Source: Octopus sinensis (lineage: Eukaryota). From it: a DNA stretch of 64,000 nucleotides. The stretch is taken from the NCBI RefSeq assembly GCF_006345805.1, contig NC_043003.1, positions 7,812,001 through 7,876,000 of the forward strand, written 5' to 3'. The notes below the pieces were generated by a model that saw only the letters and a program-made list of their open reading frames with translations, was not told where the DNA came from and made no database searches. Made by a program: the position numbers and the translations under genes. This document shows positions 11,463-23,834 of this stretch, piece after piece (the first letter of the stretch is position 1; each line of letters opens with the position of its first letter).

Positions 11463-11799
11463 ATGTTATTTTAGTCATATTCTAATATCAATCCCCTTTA
11501 CGTTTTTCTACGCATTTCTTTGTGAAAATATTTCATTATTTGTAACAATCGATAAATGCTACATAAACAAACGCATGGACAACATCTGGGAAGACCCCCG
11601 CAGTGCGTCATAGCAGCTGAAATTTTATTTCGTTTCCAAACAATATTTCTTTGTAAAACATCTGCTAACCGCACATTCGCCATTAAATATTTGCTCATCT
11701 CAAGCAGTAGATATATCCTTCCCCTCAGACACACACACACACATACACACGCACAAAACATACAAAGACACGCACAAACACACACACAGAAACATACTT

Positions 11800-12032
11800 A
11801 TTTCTTTACTATCCACAAAGGGCCAAACACAGAGAGGACAAACAAGGACAGACAAACGAAAATAAGTCGATTATATCGACCCCATTGCGTAACTGGTACT
11901 TATTTAATCGACCCCGAAGGGAGGAAAGGCAAAGTCGACCTCGGCGGAATTTGAACTCAGAACGTAGCAGCAGACGACATACTGCTAAGCATTTTGCCCG
12001 GCGCGCTAACGTCTCTGCCAGCTCGCCGCCTT
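11800..12032 (-). mobile_element. SINE family M monomer with tail A
   Basis: Full head ggcggcgagctggcagagacgttagcgcgccggg; ends ...gtaaagaaata|agtatg. Confidence 0.85.
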
Positions 12033-12520
12033 ACACAAAAAACATACAAGCACACCACACATCGCGCAAACATGCACACATACACACACACACAGATATA
12101 TTCTAATGAATAAAGCTCTACGTAATCACTTGATTTACAGGAAATAGGAGATAAATTTGCCTCAGTTCAAATAATCCTCCCCCCTTAAATAAAGAGGTCC
12201 CATTTTGCTAATGTAGTTCTATACTTTCTTCGAATAGACAAACTGCCTGTTTTCACAGTTCTGTTCGATCAGATTTGACGTAACAGGTAAAAGAAATAAC
12301 GCTTCAGGCCCCTTACAACATTCACCATTTTCCATTCATTTATTTATTTATCTAACGATCTCAATAACTGATCATTTGTTTTTAATTTTCTGCTGACCAA
12401 ATACATCGAAAGTTGGACATTTGCCTATCTCAATTCGGACAACAGGTGGAAGAGCTTAACCACCCACTAGCAAATAAAAAAAAAAAATTACATTTAGTCG
12501 ATTACCAAGCTGGACAAGTG

Positions 12521-12592
12521 ACCGTGATCGTCTAATGGTTAGGACCCCACGTTGTGGCCGTGGTAACCCAGGTTCGAATCCTGGTCACGGCA
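12521..12592 (+). tRNA. tRNA-His(GTG), with two G>A deviations
   Basis: Cloverleaf: acceptor ACCGTGA/TCACGGC, anticodon stem CCACG/CGTGG with GTG at 12554-12556, T arm CCAGG-TTCGAAT-CCTGG, discriminator A, TTTTT terminator at 12608-12612. Otherwise matches the invertebrate tRNA-His sequence as I recall it. Confidence 0.9.
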
Positions 12593-12620
12593 GTGTAATT
12601 CTAACTATTTTTCTTTTAAT

Positions 12621-12679
12621 GGCGGTGCCCCAGCATGGCCACAGCTCGTGAGCTGAAACTAGATAATAATAATAATAAC
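12621..12679 (+). mobile_element. Isolated CR1-type 3' tail with (ATA)n
   Basis: ggcggtgccccagcatggccacagctcgtgagctgaaactagataataat aligns to the 3' end of the CR1 element at 8228-8184. Confidence 0.8.
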
Positions 12680-12714
12680 TTCATTATGATGAATATATTA
12701 CTTTGTGCTATTTT

Positions 12715-12960
12715 GTGGAGGTGCGTGGCTTAGTGGTTAGGGTGTCAGCATTATGATCGTGATATTGCGGTTTCGATTCCTGGACCGGGCGATACGTTGT
12801 GTTCTTGAGCAAAATACTTCATTTCACGTTGCTCCAGTCCACTCAGCTGGCAAAAATGAGTAACGCTGCGATACATTGACATCCCGTCCAGCTGGGGAAG
12901 CCATTGAAACCGGGAAAACCGGGCCTATGAGCCTGGCTAGGCTTTAAAAGAGCGCATTTC
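12715..12960 (+). mobile_element. tRNA-derived SINE (family R head, alternative body and tail)
   Basis: A box TGGCTTAGTGG, B box GTTTCGATTCC; the tail cccgtccagctgggg...gaaaccgggaaaaccgggcctatg is shared with 53296-53557. Confidence 0.75.
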
Positions 12961-13309
12961 TTTTTGTTTTATAAACATAATTATTAAAAAATTACCATGA
13001 TTAATTTAAAACCTTATTGTATCTTCACACCTTCTCCGACTAAAACCTATTGGTGTGTCCCAAAATTATTTATTATTTTTTTTATTATCTATCCATCCTA
13101 TCCCCCCACCTCGTACAAAGGATTAATCCATAAAATGCTATTTTAAGTTTAGTCATTTACTTAACGCCCCAAAGGGAAACAGAAACAAAATGGTAGGATT
13201 ACAGCCATTTTCAACTTTTCCTTTTTCTTCTCTAGGTTCTTCCTTTTTTTATTTATTTTTCACTCTGATTTGTAGCGAGGCAATTGTTGTTCATCAATAT
13301 TTCTCCATT

Positions 13310-13872
13310 TTAAGGCGGCGAACTGGCAGAAACGTTAGCACGCCGGGCGAAATGCCGTTACGTTCTGAGTTCAAATTCCGCCGAGGTCGACTTTGCCTAT
13401 CATCCTTTCGGGGTCGATTAAATAGGTACCAGTTACGCACTGGTGTCAATATAATCGACTTAATCCGTTTGTCTGTCCTTGTTTGTCCTCTCTGTGTTTC
13501 GCTCTTTGTGGGTCGTAAAGAAATAGGTATTTTGTCTGTCTTTACACACTGAGTTCAAATTTCACCGAGGTCGACTTTGCCTTTCATCCTTTCGGGGTCG
13601 ATTAGATAAGTACCAGTTACGCACTGGGATCGATATAATCGACTTAATCCGTTTGTCTGTCCTTGTTTGTCCTCTCTGTGTTTAGCTCCTTGTGGGTAGT
13701 AAAGAAATAGGTATTTTGTCTGTCTTTACACACTGAGTTCAAATTCCGCCGAGGTCGACTTTGCCTTTCATCCTTTCGGGGTCGATAAATTAAGTACCAG
13801 TTGCATACTGGGTCGATGTAATCGACTAGTCCCAACACAAAAATTTGGAGCCTTTGAGTCTAGAGTAGAAAA
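13310..13872 (+). mobile_element. SINE family M trimer (head + A + A + B)
   Basis: Single head, then three ~180-bp units joined at aaagaaata|ggtattt (~13525, ~13710). Confidence 0.9.
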
Positions 13873-13904
13873 CAATATTTCTCTATTTTCTGTTATACAT
13901 ATAT

Positions 13905-14280
13905 CTCTATCACTTGTTTCAGTCATTTGACTGCGGCCATGCTGGAGCACCGCCTTTAATCGAGCAACTCAACATCGGAACTTATTCTTTTGTAAGCCCA
14001 GTACTTATTCTATCGGACTCTTTTGCCGAACCGCTAAGTGACGGGGACGTAAGCACACCAGCATGCTAGGGGGACAAACACAGACACACACACACATATA
14101 TATACATACATATATACGACGGGCTTCTTTCAGTTTCCGTCTACCAAATCCATTCACAAGGCATTGGACGGCCCGGGGCTATAGCAGAAGACACTTGCCC
14201 AAGATGCCACGCAGTGGGACTGAACCCGGAACCATGTGGTTGGTTAGCAAGCTACTTACCACACAGCCACTCCTGCGCCT
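13905..14280 (-). mobile_element. SINE family C
   Basis: Reverse-complement match to 16175-16562, including the ggcggtgctccagcatggccgcagtcaaatgactgaaacaag tail. Confidence 0.85.
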
Positions 14281-14299
14281 ATGTAAGTATATATATATA

Positions 14300-14377
<78 letters not shown>

Positions 14378-14591
14378 ACACGCATAAAGAATATTTCTCC
14401 ATTTTCTGTTTTCTCTTTTATATATATGTATATGCTTACATATGTGGAGGGTGTAACCATGAAATCAGAAGGCATGGGAGAGGAATACTGATTTAATGTT
14501 TTCCATATGATTACAGCCGTTTCGTAATATTCTTAATATTAACCTGATTGCTTGCGGGAGTGCTTACTCTGAGATCTTCTGCTTCATTCTC

Positions 14592-14633
<42 letters not shown>

Positions 14634-16174
14634 GAAATTAATTCTAGACTGCAACTAAGAAAATCCGTCCATCTAACTTGCCAATACATCCATCAACTCC
14701 AATAATCATATAATAAAACTAGGCAACTACAACACTGTACAATGTCTTTGACTCTTACAATTTCTATATCTCTGTTCCCCAACACCTGATAACACTTTGA
14801 ATTTCTCACCAATATAAACTGAACGCTGATGCGGCTTTCTTCGTTATCGGGCGTCGTGCTTTTCAAAGATCCAATGGCCATTGCTTAAGGAGAGCATTTT
14901 AAATGGAATTATAGACTCGCTTTTTTACATTGATAATTTAATCCTTCATCTTCACTCGCGGTTTTTTGGTACGTTTCATTGCTATGGAAGAAAATAATTA
15001 TATACAGGATTTTATATCGAATCATAACAAATCAATCTGACAGGTTAAAGGTTCTTAACCGTATTAACACTCGCATATAGAAGGAGATAGAAATGAGGGG
15101 AACGGTGCAAGAAAGAGAGGGAGAGAGCTAAATATGTGATGGAGATACAGAAAGTTAATTAAAAGAGAAATATAATATAAGACTCGCAGTTGTCGTACGA
15201 ACGTGGAGAGGAGGGAAAAATAAATCTTGAAGTTAATCTTTTGGAAGAAGGACTGTCGTTTCTGATAAAAGGATGAAAAAACATTATTGAATAATAAAGA
15301 TCCTATGATATCACTGAATTGAAGATAATGTTATATTTATCGATCGTTTCCTCCAGTTTTCTTTCACTGTATTTCACACCATTCCATCAATCGAGAGATT
15401 TGCTTTTGTGATATTTTTCCCTTTCAATGCATATAATTCGTTTTTTTTTTCGTTTGATTTTTTTTGTTGTTGTTTTTTTACTAATGCATGAATTATTATT
15501 CCAAAACAAATTTTTTTTCTGGTCAAATTGTTGCTCTACTTACTCATATTTGCTCTCATTTTCTTTGTTATTGTTGTTGTTGTTGCTGATGTTGTTCTTT
15601 TACTTCTCGTCCTCATTTTTTTTCTATTCTTTTTTATTTTTTTTTCTCTTCTTGTTCTGGCTTTTGACTGCGATCTATTTTTGCTGGAATCCAATTCATT
15701 TTACTTACACTATGAATGCTCTTTGCAAATACTTGATATCAGAAACTGTTATATTTCCCTTTCTAAACAACAGTCACACATCGTTATGCACAACCACACA
15801 AAGATTCAAACGTGTTAAATACATGCAGTGTTTCATTTTGTTTTTCTGTTGTTATATCGAAAACACTCATTCTACAGAATACTAATTCGGAGCCTAGTAC
15901 CGCTATTAACTGTGTTCTGAATTATTATAAATCTTATCAAGTGACGAATTGACAGAATCGTTAGCGAGTCGGATAAAACGCCTAGAGGCATTTCTTCCGA
16001 TTGTGTACGTTTTGAGTTGAAATTCCGCCCAAGTTTGCTTTTCATCTTTCGGGGGCGATAACATAAGAACCAGCTTAACACTGCGATCGATGTAATCGAG
16101 TTGCCCTCTTCTCTGAAAATTGCTGGCTTTGAACCAAAAGTTGAAACCATTATATTACGATTATTATTATCAGT

Positions 16175-16562
16175 AGGCGTAGGAGTGGCTGTGTGGTAAG
16201 TAGGTTGCTTACGAACCACATGGTTCCGGGTTCCGTCCCACTGCGTGGCACCTTGGGCAAGTGTCTTCTACTATAGCCTCGGGCTGACCAAAGCCTTGTG
16301 AGTGGATTTGGTAGACGGAAACTGAAAGAAGCCCGTCGTATATGTGTATATGTTTGTGTCTCTTTGTTTGTCCCCCCAACATCGCTTGACAACCGATGCT
16401 GGTGTGTTTACGTCCCCGTAACGTAGCGGTTCGGCAAAAGAGATCGATAGAATAAGTACTAGGCTTACAAAGAATAAGTCCTGGGTAGATTTGCTCGACT
16501 AAAGGCGGTGCTCCAGCATGGCCACAGTCAAATGACTGAAACAAGTAAAAGAGTAAAAGAGA
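16175..16562 (+). mobile_element. SINE family C (CORE-like; resembles octopus OR-type SINEs)
   Basis: Head aggcgtaggagtggctgtgtggtaag...gttccgggttccgtccc, core gcaccttgggcaagtgtc, internal microsatellite, CR1-like tail, (agtaaaag)n end. Family naming is from memory. Confidence 0.85.
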
Positions 16563-16619
16563 GTACTTTTATTATTAACATATGTGGTTTCATTTCGTTA
16601 TAACTTTATTTCAGCTGCT

Positions 16620-17730
16620 TTAGAACTGGGCGTCCTCCGGAGGCCAAGAGTAGCAAGGGCACTTTTGTTTTGCTATGCATGCTAAAATTATCACCACATT
16701 TATTCCATTTTAGATGGTGAGTGCTTTCCGTGGTATATGGGCTGTACTCATCAAGGTTATCGTTTGTAGTCCACGGAAATTGGAGTTACCAGGGAGTTGC
16801 TTAATATACTTCACAGCTCCCTTCTTTATCATTCCCAACGCACCATTTACTACTGATATTATCGTAGTACTAATCTTCCATATTTTTGTGATTTCAATTT
16901 GCAGATCTTTATAGTGAGAAAGCTTTCCGTATTTTTTTCTTGAGACATTTTGATCTTGTGGGATAGAGTTATCTATTAACAGTCAAGTTCCTCTGTTGTA
17001 GTCCATGATCACAATGTCTGGTCGATTGGGGTCAGTTTTTCTGTCTGTTTGTATTGGGAAGTTCCAAAGGATGGTGAACCTCTCACCATTTACTATATCC
17101 TCTAGATGGTGCCTGTACCACTTATCATTGGATTTAATTTTGTAGTATTTACGAGCATTCCAGTGGATGTACTGCCCTAGTCTGTCATGTCTTATGAGGT
17201 ACTCTTTATCAGCGAGGACTGGACAGCCAGAAACAACATGAGCAATTGTCACTGAATTTTCCGCGAATTCTGCACGCGGAGTCAGATCCGTCTTTAAGGA
17301 CATTTGCATAGTAGTTTGTGGCAGGTAAGCTCTGATCTTGTGCTGCAATAACAAAACCTTCTGTTTCCTCCTTTCAGACCTGTCCCTTGTAGCCATTGGT
17401 GTGTTAGATTTTGATCAATATCTGGCTTGGACATGCGGTTAGACCATTTCCCATTTGCCATCCCAGCTGTCTTCGACATTTTTCATGCAAGCCTTCCTTG
17501 CTTTTAGTTTCATATTTTTTGCATCAGTGATTGATTTGTCACGATTTGGATCTCGATGGTCTTTCTGATTGTTAATTTCTAAATCAGGAGAGGCTATGGT
17601 AGGTCTGTCAGTATTTCGGTGTCTTCGATCATTCTTGTTAACTTTTAGGCCAAGAGACTTTTTAAATTTCTTACTTAGCTTCATGACTGAAGTTTGCTTA
17701 GAATCTTTATACTTCATTGCAGTTCGTATG
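16620..17730 (-). mobile_element. Degraded R4/Dong-clade LINE, 3' portion
   Basis: HVVSGCPVLADKEYLIRHDRLGQYIHW, ILWNFPIQTDRKTDPNRPDIVI, YKDLQIEITKIWK, IIVGALG. The 5' end abuts (ATT)n on the plus strand. Confidence 0.85.
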
Positions 17731-17762
17731 AGTTATTATTATTATTATTTTATTATTATTAT

Positions 17763-17805
<43 letters not shown>

Positions 17806-17823
17806 TGTAGTAGTAGTAGTAGT

Positions 17824-17871
<48 letters not shown>

Positions 17872-17873
17872 TT

Positions 17874-18607
17874 GAGTGAGAGGGCAGTGCATGGCATCAA
17901 AGTAATACTGGGGTAAAATAAACAAAGTCCAGTATACCCATCATGACTACCCGTCTGATAAGGTTATACCAGGCACATGCATCACAACCATAAGTGCGCG
18001 ATATAGTGATCTCATATCAAGATAAACAGCGCATCATCTTGCATGTGAGGCCCAGTTAGAATTTTCTTCAGGTTGAGAAGCCTATCCCGCTCAAAAGGCC
18101 CCTGAATAAAGGTTGTTTAAGGATGTTGAACGAAATACCCATGTTTCCAAAGGTGAATTATTCAAACTCCAAAGACTTCTAAACACATGCCTGTGATGCT
18201 CCCCACTACCTCTGCTCGTGATCAGAGATGCACATATTGTCAGCCACTAAGGGACATGCTCAACTGGTTAAGGTCAAACAACTGACAAGCGGAATTTGAA
18301 CTCACGTCTGCCGTTACGTTGTGAGTTCAAATTCCGCCGAGGTCGACTTTACTTTTCATCCTTTCGGGGCCGATAAATTAAGTACCAGTTACGCACTGGG
18401 GTCGATGTAATCGACTTAATACCTATGTCTGTCCTTGTTTGTCCCCTCTATGTTTAGCCCCTTGTGGGTAATAAACAAATAGGTATTAAGCAGAATATTT
18501 GCTGTAGCCCATCTTTTATACCAAGACAAAACAATGTACATGACACCACTTCCAATCAGTTAAGATCGGAAGCCGCGATAGCCACAACCTGGTACAGCAT
18601 CAGGACA
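17874..18607 (-). mobile_element. Unclassified ~555-bp non-coding element, copy 1, interrupted by a family M SINE (18289-18481)
   Basis: End-to-end reverse-complement match to 43917-44471 once the SINE is removed; flanked by (TAG)n and (TTA)n. The strand is assigned by analogy only. Confidence 0.85.
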
Positions 18608-19447
18608 TTTATTATTATTGTTGTTGTTGTTGTTGTCATCATCATCATCATCATTATTATTATTGTAAGGCCTTTAGTTTCGTTTTTCGTGTTTGCATGA
18701 TTTTAATCATTTTCAAGGCACCTGTCATTATATGGATTTGAGTTCTGCTTAAAATCTGCAACGATCAGCACGTTGATCCTTATCTCTATTTCTAGAACAT
18801 TTTATCTGGATAATTTCTCTTTTTTAATAATCTATCAGCTGAAGTGTCCCATACGTCAGTTAGGATGAATTTCCTTTCGTGCAACTCTTTGACAGCAATA
18901 TCCGCTTCGATTTATCATGATCCGCTTGTCTGTGTGGGTTGCCAAATTCCAAACTAATCATCTCTTTCCGTTCATATCCGAATCTAGGCTTCTATCAATG
19001 TTGCATCCGGTATCCTATTCTAATAGTTATGACACATAGTTTATATAACCCAAAAAGGTTAAATCCCAAATTTAACCTCGGAGCGCAGAAATTCGGAACC
19101 AGCACATTGAGGCATTTCGTTTGACACTGACAACTCGCCGCCTGCTTTATGTGTATGTATATATATATATAAGTTCAGCAAAACAACCAAATCTTAGTCA
19201 GTCAGTTGAGGGACTCCACTACCTCATATGTTCTTAAAATTTAACTCCACATCTTTGTCTATATATCTACCTTCTCTATAATGTTGCCACTTGATTTGAA
19301 AATTTTTGTATTAATGGAAAACCTCTATAATTGGCTGATGAGTACTCAGCATCTTAAATCTGTTGTAATACTTACAACATTTAATAAAATGATGTAGTAC
19401 GAAATGATCGTACCAAATTACCGGAGTAATTTTTGTTGCTTATTCTG

Positions 19448-19483
<36 letters not shown>

Positions 19484-19654
19484 GGTTACACAAACTGGTC
19501 AAAGTCACTAGCCCTCTCCCACACGTACATACATGCTCTCTTATACACACGCACGCACACCTTCGTTTTGGGATCACCATTATTTTATTATCTCCCCTTC
19601 TTCCTAGCTCTCCTGCGTGACCCTTCCGTCCGGTATTCGCCATGATAGATTGCT

Positions 19655-19820
19655 ACCCACTACACATTGTTTATTTTCTCTCCTTGTTTCTTTCTGTGTA
19701 CCTTTATGTCGAAGAGCATCGGCTCGAAACGTTATAGACTTTTTCACTTCCCGAGCGTTAAACTAATACATCTGTTTGTTGTCTACTCCACCTGCCTTCG
19801 TCTTTTATTTTTTGGGAATT
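19655..19820 (+). mobile_element. Penelope-type pLTR-like fragment with degenerate minimal hammerhead motif
   Basis: atgtcga-a-GAGC-atcg-GCTC-GAAACGTT at 19706-19733, embedded in pyrimidine-rich sequence. Confidence 0.5.
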
Positions 19821-19931
19821 CTCCCTATATATGTATGTATATAGAGTACACATATATATATATATATAAACATATATATAAACATATATATATAATATAT
19901 ATATATATACATATATATATATACACATGCA

Positions 19932-20012
<81 letters not shown>

Positions 20013-20117
20013 CGTGAAATTCAGACGTTGTTAGAATTTCATTGACCAATATCATTTATCTGTACACAATCATATAAACTGTCGCACATATATATATATA
20101 TATATGAGTATGTGTCA

Positions 20118-20183
<66 letters not shown>

Positions 20184-20981
20184 GGGGTCAGGAGGGAATT
20201 ACAGAAGAAACCACAGAAACCGGCCTAGCAGAAACATCACGTTAAGATGAAGGCTAATCTGGCTGTAAACATAAAAGCTAGAAAACTAGAGAATGAGATG
20301 CGTCTCCTTGAAAGAAACAAAGACGCAGACGTAATACAAAATATCAGACATTACTTCTGCTTATCGAAAGCTGTAAACAATACAGTAATAGAGACACCGA
20401 GTAATACGTAATCCGACGAAATTAATAGACAACGTTCGGAATTTGCTTGTTCCAATTTCCTGATCAAAATATCAACTAATTCACTTTCAGCTTTTGTTTT
20501 TACTGAATACGGTCACCTTATGAGTAGAGTTAGATATCATTTTATGGTGGGGATTTAGGGAAGATGATACAAATAAGATTTGTCCACAGAACTAGCTTAC
20601 CATGACGAAATTTATACAGAATACATCTATCGTCGTTTATCACTGATCCGAGATAACACTGTACATTCATCTGTGAACGCAGTTATGCGTATCATTTATC
20701 ACGAAATGATCTGTGAATAGACGGGTCGACGATCAGTCAAAGATTCTGCTTGAACTGCGAAAGCGCGCCCCAGCGACTATCTATAATGCTTGCTACGCAG
20801 AATATCACCGCAAAGCCACGTATCTTTTTTATATGAATTTGCGTACACGTGCACGATTAAGCCCCATAAGTGTCATGGTATTTTCAGCTAATTATCCTGC
20901 GTTTGAGGATTTAAAACCACTTCTTTAACTTTCTAAGACGTCTCAACGCTTCTTTGTTTACGTTTATCGTAATTTGAATTT

Positions 20982-21364
20982 GTGGAGGCGCAATGGCCCA
21001 GTGGTTAGGACAGCGGACTCGCGGTCATAGGATCGCGGTTTCGATTCCCAGACCGGGCGTTGTGAGTGTTTATTGAGCGAAAACACCTAAAGCTCCACGA
21101 GGCTCTGGCAGGGATGGTGGTGATCCCTGCTGTACTCTTTCACCACAACTTTCTCTCACTCTTACTTCCTGTTTCTGTTGTACCTGTATTTCAAAGGGCC
21201 GGCCTTGTCACTCTCTGTGTCACGCTGAATATCCCCGAGAACTACGTTAAGGGTAAACGTGTCTGTGGAGTGCTCAGCCACTTACACGTTAATTTCACGA
21301 GCAGGCTGTTCCGTTGATTCGGATCAACCAGAACCCTCGTCATCGTAACCGACGGAGTGCTTCC
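20982..21364 (+). mobile_element. tRNA(Arg-like)-headed SINE family R, full length with 11-bp TSD
   Basis: A box TGGCCCAGTGG, B box GTTTCGATTCCC; TSD AATTTGAATTT at 20971-20981 and 21365-21375; second copy at 48871-49255. Confidence 0.9.
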
Positions 21365-23764
21365 AATTTGAATTTAGTTAATCGGTTACGTCGACCCCCA
21401 GGACTTGACTGGTACCTTATTTCACCGAACCCGAGAAGATGAAAGGAAAAGTTGACTTCAGCGAAATTTAATCTTAGAACGTAAAACACCGGAAGAAATG
21501 CTACTTATGAGTTTGTCCGACGCACTAAAGATTGTGCTCTGTCATCCCCGCAGGGAGAAAGCCTACAATTATGAGGGCAGAGGGTTTCCATTTTCATCGA
21601 CCCCAGTGCTTAACAAGAACTTATTTTGCCCACCCCAGAAGAATGAGATGCAAAGTCCACCTTGATAGAATTTGGAAACACTACATAAAGTGCCGGAAGA
21701 AATTCCGATAGGTATTTTGTTCGGTTTGATAACGATTCTGCATTAGTTAGATATGATCTAAAGCAGCAAGCTGGCAGAATCGTTAGCACGCCGGTCAATT
21801 TGTAAAGTAACTTTTCGTCCGACTTTACGTTCTGAGTTCAATTTCTTTCTAGGTCAACCTTACCTGTCGTTCTTTTTGCGGGATCGATAAAATAACTGCC
21901 AGTTCAGCACTGACGACAATGTAACGACTTACCTACCCTGCAATTGGTGGCCTCGTGCCAAAATTTGAAACCGTTATTTAGAGAAGTTCTGATCAGAAAC
22001 TGCACCCGGATCAACTCCCGTTTCATCATTCTATGATGGAACAAATAAGTCACAGTGTAATACTTGTGGTCCATTCTAACAACCGTCTTCTTACAAATTT
22101 GTAGCTTAGGGTTAAAGTCAGAAACCATTATGGTTTTTATATATCTCTTCTTTTTGCCTTTTTGATTCCTCTTACTCGGCCTTTTATTATTTTCGTGTTG
22201 TTGATGGGGATTTTGCACATTATCTCTATCACTCACTCCATCTCTCACTCTCTCGCTTTGTTGCTGTCTCTCGCCTTGTTTTCCTCTATTCCTCTGAAAC
22301 TTCAAAGACCGCATTGTTTTTCTTTCAAAAGAAATCAACAATTCATAACAAAAATATTAATAGAAAACTTGTAGTTTTGATTAATCAATAGATAATTGAG
22401 GATTTGAGTTAAGCACCTCAGATGTGTGTGTGTGTGCGTGTGTGTGTGTGTTAACGCGCGCGCGCGCGTGTGTGTGTGTGTGTGGTGTGTGTGTGTGTGT
22501 CTGTGCGCAGAAGTGCATACTATAAACATTTACCAAACAATATTACAAGCTCAAATAAAAATAATAGATAAACCTTCCGTCCCGCCCCAATATTACCATT
22601 ACCAAAAAAGCTTAAATATATCAGACACAGTAGGAGGCCCTGGCGTGCAATTTTATTAACCCAATAAAAGCATAGTTAACCAGTAAAGCATAGTTAACCA
22701 GAAAATAGTTTACGCTGTAAATGCTGGAGTTAAGATACCTATCACCTAAGACAATATAATTTGAAACGGAAATGATTACAACGTAGTAGATAATATAGGT
22801 CTGTTTTTGCACCCTGCACTGCTTGACAACCGGTGATGTCTTGTTTACGGCCCCATAACCTAACGTTTCGGCGAAATATATCGATAGAATGAGTAGCACT
22901 TTTTTAAAAGAAAAATATGTACTGAGGACGATTCGTTCAACTAAAAACCTTTGAAACCGGTACCTCCAATGCCTAAAACAAAGAGAAAAGAAAAAATAAA
23001 CAGAAGAGCCATTCTTGACTTAGCAGACAGGATATCAGACATCGAACAGAACAGTCGTTACCTCTTCGACCAAATATATTTGCTTTATCTAAAACGACAA
23101 ATTTCATATAAGCATAGAAGTAAGCGCAATATGTGAATATTAAATTCCGTGCAATTCTCGGAGGATAAACAGTACATATATTACACTTTCTAAGATTTGG
23201 TCTGAATATTCGATATTCAAATTTATTACATTTACGTTGAATATATTACGTAGGTTACAAATCAACAAGTTAAATCATCTTTTTAAAATTCATCTCGTTA
23301 TTCAAGATCATTCCTTGACGGATTTGTTGGTTTGGGAGTTGTTGTTCTCTGGCGTTAATTTCTTAAATCAGTCGTCGTTGGCAGTTCCTGGAATACAGAG
23401 AATGTCTCATTTTCGTTTTACTCTTGTATATGACGGAATTCCGACCAATATGTCCATGGATGGATATATTCTCCTCGTACAAATGACTGACAGATTGATT
23501 TTGTTGGGTCACATTAAATGTCGACGGCAAATTTATTTTATGATTATTATTATCATTATTGTTGTCGTTAGCGTTGCTGTTGTTGTTGTTATGTTAATCT
23601 GACTAAAGTTTGTTCTTATTTCTGGTACAATTTATGCGTGTAGCGTATTACTACTTGTAACGATAGATATCAACAAACTTTCAATAGTCTTTCGGGTGCT
23701 TATTACTATTTATTATTATTATTATCGTCATTATTATTGCTGTTGTTGTTGTTGCTGCTGCTGC

Positions 23765-23834
<70 letters not shown>

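Noticed and set aside
13310-13872. CRISPR-like or satellite interpretation of the ~180-bp repeats
   Set aside because: No unique spacers, eukaryotic context; the units are dispersed SINE segments.
22454-22470. (CG)n within (TG)n as a Z-DNA element
   Set aside because: Short and common in such genomes; no functional context.
22919-22965. CTGAGGA...GAAACCGGTAC hammerhead-like motif
   Set aside because: No stem II can form; more likely a decayed SINE tail.
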